Positions 57,873-64,000 of a DNA stretch of 64,000 nucleotides are shown in pieces. The translations under genes were made by a program, and so were the position numbers. The notes beneath the pieces were generated by a model. It was given only the letters and a program-made list of their open reading frames with translations. It did not search any database and had not been told where the DNA came from. This stretch comes from Candidatus Woesearchaeota archaeon. GTDB lineage: Archaea; Nanobdellota; Nanobdellia; Woesearchaeales; JAZDKJ01. Each line of letters opens with the position of its first letter. The stretch's first letter is position 1. The DNA lies in the NCBI GenBank assembly GCA_043803105.1, contig JAZDKJ010000006.1, forward strand, positions 128,001 through 192,000. Direction: 5' to 3'.

Positions 57873-58511
57873 CTATTTCTTAGGGCATTCTCCAGTTGTC
57901 CAGTATTCCACGTTTGGGTTTATGCACGCAGTGCAGCCATTTGATTCAGTCACTGCACAAGGGTATTTTACGCATCTGACTTTGCTGTTAAACCAACCGC
58001 ATACTGGCACATAGTCCATTGTGCAAATCTTTGCTTTTCTCGACTCAGCTGAGCAATTGTGCCTTTCTAGTTCAGGGCATGGAGCAAATTCGCAGTTAGG
58101 CCCTACTCTGCCTACAGCACTGCCGTCAGGACAGACCTTTGCCTCTTGAGTGCATGCTGCTGCCTCGCAAGTTGGCGCTCCAACACATCCGCAAGCATCT
58201 GGTGTTGCAGGAATGATATTGCCATTTACGCAGAATTCAGGGCCCGGTGGTGCTAGCTGGGCGCACAGTGCACACGCAGTTGGGCACTCTCCTCTGTAAT
58301 ATGCCCATTCCTCGCATTTTGTTCCATCAGTCAGTGTGCACATTCCTTGCTGGCTTCCGTCTGTTGCAGTGATTATGTCCAGTTTCCCGCCCTTGTCCAC
58401 GCAGTTTACAGATGCAGGATTTGCTATCTGTGTGCTGCCGGTATTGCCTGATTTGCAGGCAAATAAGGTTAGCAAACCTAATATTGTCAGAACTAAAAAG
58501 ATTTTTTTCAT
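57873..58511 (-). CDS. Cys-rich lipoprotein: DUF333 domain, CxxEAKxCPDGS module and Kazal-like domain
   Basis: Lipobox LFAC; IANPASVNCVDKGG...CEEWAYYRGEC; CTQEAKVCPDGSAVGRVGPNCEFAPCP; CTMDYVPVCG...NGCTAC. Confidence 0.85.
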   Translation of the reverse strand: MKKIFLVLTILGLLTLFACKSGNTGSTQIANPASVNCVDKGGKLDIITATDGSQQGMCTLTDGTKCEEWAYYRGECPTACALCAQLAPPGPEFCVNGNIIPATPDACGCVGAPTCEAAACTQEAKVCPDGSAVGRVGPNCEFAPCPELERHNCSAESRKAKICTMDYVPVCGWFNSKVRCVKYPCAVTESNGCTACINPNVEYWTTGECPKK

Positions 58512-58602
58512 AAATAACACCTCTTGTGGTGTTGTGTGAGCAGGCAGTATTTAAAAATGTATATATAATTTCAAATAGGTTTGAAACTTTCTTCAAAGCA
58601 AC

Positions 58603-59169
58603 TTAAAATCCCACTTCTTTTGATATTGACTGCAATGCCTTTATTGAAATTTCCAAGAACTCGTCAAGGCTTAAACCCAGCCTTTCGCATTCCATGATTA
58701 TGTCCCTGTTGACTCCTGCTGCAAACCTTTTGTCTTTCATTCTCTTCCTTAGACTGCTGACTTCCATTCCTTCGAGCCCGTTTCTAAGGATTGCATACGC
58801 ATGTATCAACCCGGTTATGGTCTCTGCGCTTGCCAGTGCAAATTCCACTTTTTCTGTCCTTTTCTTTTCCTTTAGCCCTGCGCACTCCCAGCCATAGCCA
58901 TGCGAGACAATAATCTGGATGAATTCGTCAGCAAATCCTGCTTGCTTAAGAATTTCAGGCGCTTTGCTCAGGTGTTGCTTTGGATCATTTTTGGTTATTC
59001 CCCAATCAATGTCGTGCAACAAGCCGAGCATTCTCCAATTTTCTTCGTCCTCTCCAAGCCTCTTTGCGAGCGCTCCCATTATAGCCTCGCTTTCAAGGTA
59101 ATGTACGATGTCAGACCTGTCAGTATTGTATTGTGCAATAAGGCCAAGTGCTTCTTCTCTGGTTATCAT
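58603..59169 (-). CDS. HD-superfamily hydrolase
   Basis: H...E..M, GLLHDIDW, IVSHG, KDKRFAAGVNRD. Confidence 0.9.
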   Translation of the reverse strand: MITREEALGLIAQYNTDRSDIVHYLESEAIMGALAKRLGEDEENWRMLGLLHDIDWGITKNDPKQHLSKAPEILKQAGFADEFIQIIVSHGYGWECAGLKEKKRTEKVEFALASAETITGLIHAYAILRNGLEGMEVSSLRKRMKDKRFAAGVNRDIIMECERLGLSLDEFLEISIKALQSISKEVGF

Positions 59170-59241
59170 AGTTGATGAAAGATTGTCTTGATATTTAAAA
59201 ATTCTTTCATAATGCCAACTGACTAAATTTCAAGAAAATAA

Positions 59242-59379
59242 TAGCCCCTGACGGACTTTCGGAACTTTTTCCCAGGTTTTTTCCTATGGAAAAAAGCTGC
59301 TTCGAACCGTCGTCACCAGGTCCAGAGCCCAATACCAGAGTTTATCTGTTAGTATGCTTGACCGCTACACTAAGGGGCT
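59242..59379 (-). tRNA. trnQ: tRNA-Gln(CUG) with two non-canonical introns (29/30 at 59349-59330; 59/60 at 59300-59256)
   Basis: Spliced 73-mer AGCCCCTTAGTGTAGCGGTCAAGCATACTA|GGCTCTGGACCTGGTGACGACGGTTCGAA|TCCGTCAGGGGCTA folds into a cloverleaf; both junctions form BHB motifs. Confidence 0.93.
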
Positions 59380-59505
59380 AAATTGTTGAGTCAGCAAAAA
59401 AAGCCTTTTCCCAGGTTTTTGCATAACACAAAATCTTTGATTTTGTGGGATTAAAAAACTTTGTTTTTCAATATTGCAAAAAGCTGACTGCTACACTAAG
59501 GGGCT
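59380..59505 (-). repeat. Duplicated tRNA 5' end (59505-59485) plus a ~105-nt multi-hairpin element related to tRNA intron 2
   Basis: 16-bp perfect (20/21 bp) direct repeat; shared CAGCTTTTT...AAAAACCTGGGAAAA; inverted repeat AGTCAGC/GCTGACT. Confidence 0.8.
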
Positions 59506-59544
59506 GTAGGACAAAAGAACTTAATATTCAGTTAAAAAGTTTTC

Positions 59545-59904
59545 CTATTTGAACACTGTCTGGGCTTTGGTATTCCTTGAGATATCTGTTTTGTCAAGAA
59601 CCCTTGCTAGGTTAAGGTATGGTTCATATTCTTTCTTAACCTTGTCAAACAGCCTCTGCCCTTTTGGTGTCAGCTTCAAGCAATAGTTCTCGTATGTAAC
59701 GAATTTTTTCTTCTCCAGTACCTCAAGGTTCTTGTACAGCGCACGCTCTTTCTTTTCAGCAAGGTGTGCTCGCTTTACTATGTCTATGAACACCTTCTTG
59801 GATATGACAACCTCGAGCAAACTGCCTTTCAAGCGTTTGTTTGCCTCGATATAATATTGGCCCAAAGTGAAAAGTATGAACGTTTGTTTCTTTCCAACCC
59901 CCAT
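59545..59904 (-). CDS. Winged-helix-like DNA-binding protein
   Basis: ERALYKNLEVLEKKKFVTY...LKLTPKG. Confidence 0.65.
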   Translation of the reverse strand: MGVGKKQTFILFTLGQYYIEANKRLKGSLLEVVISKKVFIDIVKRAHLAEKKERALYKNLEVLEKKKFVTYENYCLKLTPKGQRLFDKVKKEYEPYLNLARVLDKTDISRNTKAQTVFK

Positions 59905-59945
59905 AGCTAACCTTAGAAATCCGTGCTATATATACTTTTTGGCTC

Positions 59946-60848
59946 TCAACCAAGGATTGAGCTAAGTGCTTTGCTTAGGTCGTCATGCATTGCTTCGCAG
60001 TATCCGTGCCCACAGCCCTGTGCAATGTTAAACACCTTTGGTTCCTTGGCCTTGGCAAATGTCTGTTCTGCCTCTTCCAAAGGCACCTTTGAGTCATTGC
60101 TTCCGTGTATCATCACCAATTTGTTTGGAGAAATCCTCGCTATGTAGTTGTCCGGGTCTATAGAAAGCATGAATTTATTTTCAGGGCTGTTGTCATTTGA
60201 AATATGAAATCCTGCGCTGCTTATTGCTATTACTCCTTTTATGTTCTTGTCGAGCGCTGCTGCAATGATTGCATATCTTCCTCCCATGCTAAGGCCTGCT
60301 ATTGCGATCCTTGTCTTGTCAACATTTTTTACCTCTTTCAATACGTCAGTGGCTCTAAGAGCATCGAAAACACACATGTGCTGTACTGGTTCCTTTCCTT
60401 GGCTAAATAATTTGTAGTCATCCTCAAGGCTTAGATAATAGCCTCCTGTCTGCCCTATTCCTCTTTGGTCTATGGTTAGCACTGCATATCCCATGTTAGC
60501 GATTATTTCTGCGTGTTTTAGTTCTGCCTCCTTTGTTATCCCGCCTCCAGGCAGGAGAACCACTCCGGGCACATTTGTTGCTTTTGGCATGAGAAGGATT
60601 CCATAAATTAGGGTAGGATTATCCAGGAATTTTCTGCTTGCAAAACTTATGTCATAGACATCGAAGTTATTGTTCTGTGACCTTAGGCTTATTTGGAATT
60701 CTGGCTTTCCCCTTTCTGTTGAATAGCTGAAGCTGTCTTTGCCCATCCTATATACTTTGCCTTGCAGACGCGGAACAATGATAAATACTGCTATTAGAAT
60801 AACAAACGCCAACGCAAGAATTTTGAGTGTTCTTTTCTTTACTCGCAC
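59946..60848 (-). CDS. N-anchored alpha/beta hydrolase
   Basis: Nucleophile elbow GLSMGG; HGSNDSKVP; GHGY; DQRGIG. Confidence 0.92.
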   Translation of the reverse strand: MRVKKRTLKILALAFVILIAVFIIVPRLQGKVYRMGKDSFSYSTERGKPEFQISLRSQNNNFDVYDISFASRKFLDNPTLIYGILLMPKATNVPGVVLLPGGGITKEAELKHAEIIANMGYAVLTIDQRGIGQTGGYYLSLEDDYKLFSQGKEPVQHMCVFDALRATDVLKEVKNVDKTRIAIAGLSMGGRYAIIAAALDKNIKGVIAISSAGFHISNDNSPENKFMLSIDPDNYIARISPNKLVMIHGSNDSKVPLEEAEQTFAKAKEPKVFNIAQGCGHGYCEAMHDDLSKALSSILG

Positions 60849-60905
60849 TTCCTTGCCACATTTCTTTCTTTATTTAAAGACTCTGGTTTTGTTGACCTTA
60901 CTGTC

Positions 60906-61670
60906 CTATTCTTTCTTGCTGATCTTCTGGAAGAACTCCATGACTTCCACAGGCAGAGCTATGACCACTGTGTTGGACGAGGTTGGCCCTAATCCATCTA
61001 GGGTCTGTAGTGTCCTGAGCTGCATTGCACCCCTTGATTTTCCCATGGTGTCTGCTGCACTCGCGAGGTTCTTTGCCGCATCCCTATCTCCCTCAGATTT
61101 TATTATTACAGCGCGCTTTTCTCTTTCAGCAGCAGCCTGTCTTGACATTATTCTTTTGAGGTCGTCCGGCACCTCAACATCCTGGAGCTTTATAACCTGG
61201 ACGTCCAGGCCCCACTGGTCTGTCTCCTTATCAACTATCTTTCTTATTTCGTCTCCAACATGTTGCCTTTCAGCCAACAATGTATCAAGCGACATTCCGC
61301 CTATGACATCCCTTAGCGCTGTCTGGGCGTACTGGGAGATTGCATATTCATAATTTTGTACCTTGATTATTGCATCCTGGACCTTGAGCACTTTGAAGAA
61401 AACCACTCCGTTCACGTCAATCGGCACATTGTCCTTTGTCATTACTTGCTGCTTGGTAATGTCCAGAGTGCGTATCCTCATGTCCACTCTGATCATTGTC
61501 TGGAATATTGTAAAAACAAAATTCAATCCAGGCTCTCTCACGCTTGTGAATTTCCCTAAAGTGAACACTATTCCTTTTTCGTACTGTTTCATTACCCTTA
61601 AACCGATAAGAACATAAAACACCACAATTCCAAGAACATACCACCATAATACCATAGTCTCAACCCCCAA
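60906..61670 (-). CDS. SPFH/band-7 stomatin-like protein
   Basis: YEKGIVFTLG, VDMRIRT, TKDNV, AQTALRDVIG, QAAAEREKRA, LRTLQTL. Confidence 0.96.
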   Translation of the reverse strand: MGVETMVLWWYVLGIVVFYVLIGLRVMKQYEKGIVFTLGKFTSVREPGLNFVFTIFQTMIRVDMRIRTLDITKQQVMTKDNVPIDVNGVVFFKVLKVQDAIIKVQNYEYAISQYAQTALRDVIGGMSLDTLLAERQHVGDEIRKIVDKETDQWGLDVQVIKLQDVEVPDDLKRIMSRQAAAEREKRAVIIKSEGDRDAAKNLASAADTMGKSRGAMQLRTLQTLDGLGPTSSNTVVIALPVEVMEFFQKISKKE

Positions 61671-61771
61671 GAACAGCTTTGTTATTTAGATATATAAAGT
61701 TAGCGAAAACATTGACTCAATAGCCTAGCCGGACCTTTGGAGCATAAATTCCTACATAAAAATCTTGTGGA

Positions 61772-61987
61772 TTACCGCTTTGAGTTCAAGCCCAGGAGAG
61801 TAATCACAAATATTGCCAGGTACATCACAAATCCATAAACGCATGTCGGTATTCCAAGCAGCCCTGCGCACCCTCCACCTATCGGGCAAACCCCTCTTAT
61901 CACTTCCCCAAATGATAGATAGCCTGAGAACAGCATGCCAGCAATCGATATCACTAATATAATAGTTAACGACGTCTTTTTTTGCAT
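61772..61987 (-). CDS. Small 2-TM protein with Cys loop (VKOR N-terminal-like)
   Basis: GGAGGTG SD; GMLFSGYLS...CPIGGGC...LGIPTCVYGFVMY. Confidence 0.55.
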   Translation of the reverse strand: MQKKTSLTIILVISIAGMLFSGYLSFGEVIRGVCPIGGGCAGLLGIPTCVYGFVMYLAIFVITLLGLNSKR

Positions 61988-62083
61988 CTTGCACCTCCCT
62001 TTTGTTCTTTTTAACCTATTCAACTATTTTAATCTTACCAAAACATCAGCCTTAAATATAGCTTTTTGATTCATCAGCCTACA

Positions 62084-63061
62084 ATGTCTGAGGTCTATTT
62101 TGCAAAGAATATGGAAACCATTATCCGCAAGATTGATTATTCCAGGCTTGGTGAGAAGGTTGCAATCAAAGTCCATTTTGGAGAGCATGGCTGCAATACC
62201 TACATCAATCCCGAGTTGGTTCGTCAGCTCTTTGAGAAGGTTAAATCTCTAGGGAAAGGTGTTTCTTTAGTCGAGTGCAATGTACTTTACAAAGGTAGCA
62301 GGGTTAACAGCACAAAACATGTGAAGACTGCAAGAGAGCATGGTTTTGGCATGCCTATTGACATTCTGGATGGTGAGCATGGTAATGAGTTTGTCGATTT
62401 GCATGGCTGCAAGGTTGGCAAGGGAATAGAAAGGTATGACTCAATAATTGTTCTCAGTCATTTTAAGGGCCACATGGCTGTTGGTTTCGGTGGCGCAATG
62501 AAAAACCTTGGTATGGGTCTTGGAAGCAGGGCTGGAAAGCTGGATATGCACTCAAGCATCAAGCCTTCTGTAAATGAAAACTGCATTGGCTGCGGGATTT
62601 GCGTTGAAAATTGCAATGATAAAGCCATCTCAATTGTGCATGGCAAGGCAAAAATTGACAACCAAAAGTGCGTTGGCTGTGCCATGTGCATTTCTGTATG
62701 CAACAGCGGTGCTGTAAATATACCTTGGAGAGGCAGGACTTCTCATGAACTGCAAAGGAAGATAACAGAGTACTGCAAAGCATTGCTTGATCGTTTCCCA
62801 AGTGCGATTTTCATCAATGTTCTTGAGAAAATCACAAAAGAATGTGATTGCATGGGTACCTCCCAGAAGCCTTTGATGCCTGACATTGGCATCCTTTATT
62901 CAAACGACATTGTTGCAATAGAAAAAGCAAGCCTGGACTTGGTGAACAAATCATCAAATGGTCAATTTGATGGAATAAATTCAGCTGACAACAATTCTCA
63001 GGTAGAGTTTGCAGAAAAGCTTGGCCTGGGCAGCTCTAAGTACAGGCTCGTGGAGCTTTAG
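62084..63061 (+). CDS. DUF362 family Fe-S protein with a 2x[4Fe-4S] ferredoxin domain
   Basis: VAIKVHFGE, SHFKGH, GGAMKNLGMG, CIGCGICVENC, CVGCAMCISVC, ECDC. Confidence 0.92.
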   Translation: MSEVYFAKNMETIIRKIDYSRLGEKVAIKVHFGEHGCNTYINPELVRQLFEKVKSLGKGVSLVECNVLYKGSRVNSTKHVKTAREHGFGMPIDILDGEHGNEFVDLHGCKVGKGIERYDSIIVLSHFKGHMAVGFGGAMKNLGMGLGSRAGKLDMHSSIKPSVNENCIGCGICVENCNDKAISIVHGKAKIDNQKCVGCAMCISVCNSGAVNIPWRGRTSHELQRKITEYCKALLDRFPSAIFINVLEKITKECDCMGTSQKPLMPDIGILYSNDIVAIEKASLDLVNKSSNGQFDGINSADNNSQVEFAEKLGLGSSKYRLVEL

Positions 63062-63198
63062 TTGAATTGGTTCTCGAATTCATCTTTGGAAACATAATTT
63101 GATGTTGCAATGAGTTTTCCGTTTTTGTAATATCTGTAACAGATTTTTGATCCATGAATTCCTAAGCCTTAATAAGCGGATTCTTAATTCCACTCGAT

Positions 63199-64000
63199 AT
63201 GAAAAGGATTTTGCTTGTCTACCCTCCCTTCTGCACTCCTGCCAGCCCTCCGTATTCGATTACTGCTTTGCACTCTTTTCTGAAAGCCAATTGCAGTGAA
63301 TCAATGCAGGTTCTCGACCTTAACCTGGAGTTTCACAAATTGAAGTTTCCAACTTATCAAGAATATTATCAGGATAGCTCCACTTGGAAAGATTATGACA
63401 AGATAACCAATGAATATCACGCCCTTACCTCCAAAGTTTATTCCGAAAACAACAAGTTGGTTGTTCGTGGCCTTGATCCTGAGCTTCTGGATGATTTGGT
63501 CAAAAAAATTAGGTCTTTTAAGCCGGATATTGTTGCTTTTAGCATCGTTTACTCCAGCCAGGCGTTTTACACCTATGCCCTGATTCGCAAGCTAAAAGAC
63601 TTGAAGTGTGTTGTTGGTGGCCCTGCAGTTAACAGCAAATTGGCTTCCATCGCGCACCAAGTGCTCGCAAACGAGCGTGAGCTTTTAGAATATATCACCG
63701 GAAAAAAAGACAATGCCTGTGAGTCTATCCCTGATTTCTCAATCTTTCCTTTACAAGAATATTTTACTCCAAAACCAGTTATCCCAATCAAGACCTCAAC
63801 AACTTGTTACTATCAGAAATGCGCTTTCTGTTCCCATTTTTCCAAGGTGCCTTACCGCGAGTACCCTCTGGAATTGATTAGGCAGACGATTGTGGCTTCA
63901 AAACAACAATACTTCTATTTGATTGATGACATGATCCCTCGTAAAAGATTATTAGCCATTGCAAAAACCATGAAGCCCCTAAATGTCAAATGGGCATGCC
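63199..64000 (+). CDS. B12-binding radical SAM protein (partial, runs off the window; not in ORF track)
   Basis: Hand translation: MKRILLVYPPF...DLNLEF...KPDIVAFSIVYSSQ...VVGGP...TCYYQKCAFC...FYLIDD. Confidence 0.88.
   Translation, partial: MKRILLVYPPFCTPASPPYSITALHSFLKANCSESMQVLDLNLEFHKLKFPTYQEYYQDSSTWKDYDKITNEYHALTSKVYSENNKLVVRGLDPELLDDLVKKIRSFKPDIVAFSIVYSSQAFYTYALIRKLKDLKCVVGGPAVNSKLASIAHQVLANERELLEYITGKKDNACESIPDFSIFPLQEYFTPKPVIPIKTSTTCYYQKCAFCSHFSKVPYREYPLELIRQTIVASKQQYFYLIDDMIPRKRLLAIAKTMKPLNVKWAC

Noticed and set aside
59364-59505. attL/attR of an integrated element at tRNA-Gln
   Set aside because: Only ~110 nt lie between the repeats and no integrase is visible; retained instead as a small-repeat finding
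1-64000. CRISPR array or cas genes
   Set aside because: No regularly spaced 25-40 bp repeats with unique spacers were seen; AT-rich intergenic tracts (32366-32658, 35445-35658, 36875-37234, 44331-44490) are low-complexity promoter regions

Overview
Archaeal genomic window, most likely DPANN (Woesearchaeota-like). Evidence: archaeal uS15 beside a RecJ/GAN-type DHH nuclease, a tRNA with bulge-helix-bulge introns, and BRE/TATA promoters. There are three zones. (1) 1-9.9 kb is a signalling cluster: one dCache-HAMP histidine kinase, a stand-alone receiver, two substrate-binding proteins with no transporter, and two kinase-less sensors ending in an identical TVGRELKMIELKKRI coiled-coil motif. (2) 10-52 kb is an almost entirely + strand cell-surface locus. 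It holds a 5347-aa Ig-repeat glycoprotein, membrane-anchored cadherin-like, FN3 and Cys-rich proteins, six paralogous ~25 kDa secreted proteins (PxGP start, [YF]YFYVEL[E/T] end), three paralogues of a second secreted family, and six small DNA-binding regulators, including two RHH genes missing from the ORF track. This is the best candidate for an undescribed system: an ATPase-independent, non-type-IV extracellular filament or attachment apparatus. (3) 52-64 kb is housekeeping genes plus a tRNA-Gln(CUG) with two non-canonical introns, preceded by a duplicated tRNA 5' end and a structured element related to intron 2. All domain calls are by eye from motifs; no database search was run.
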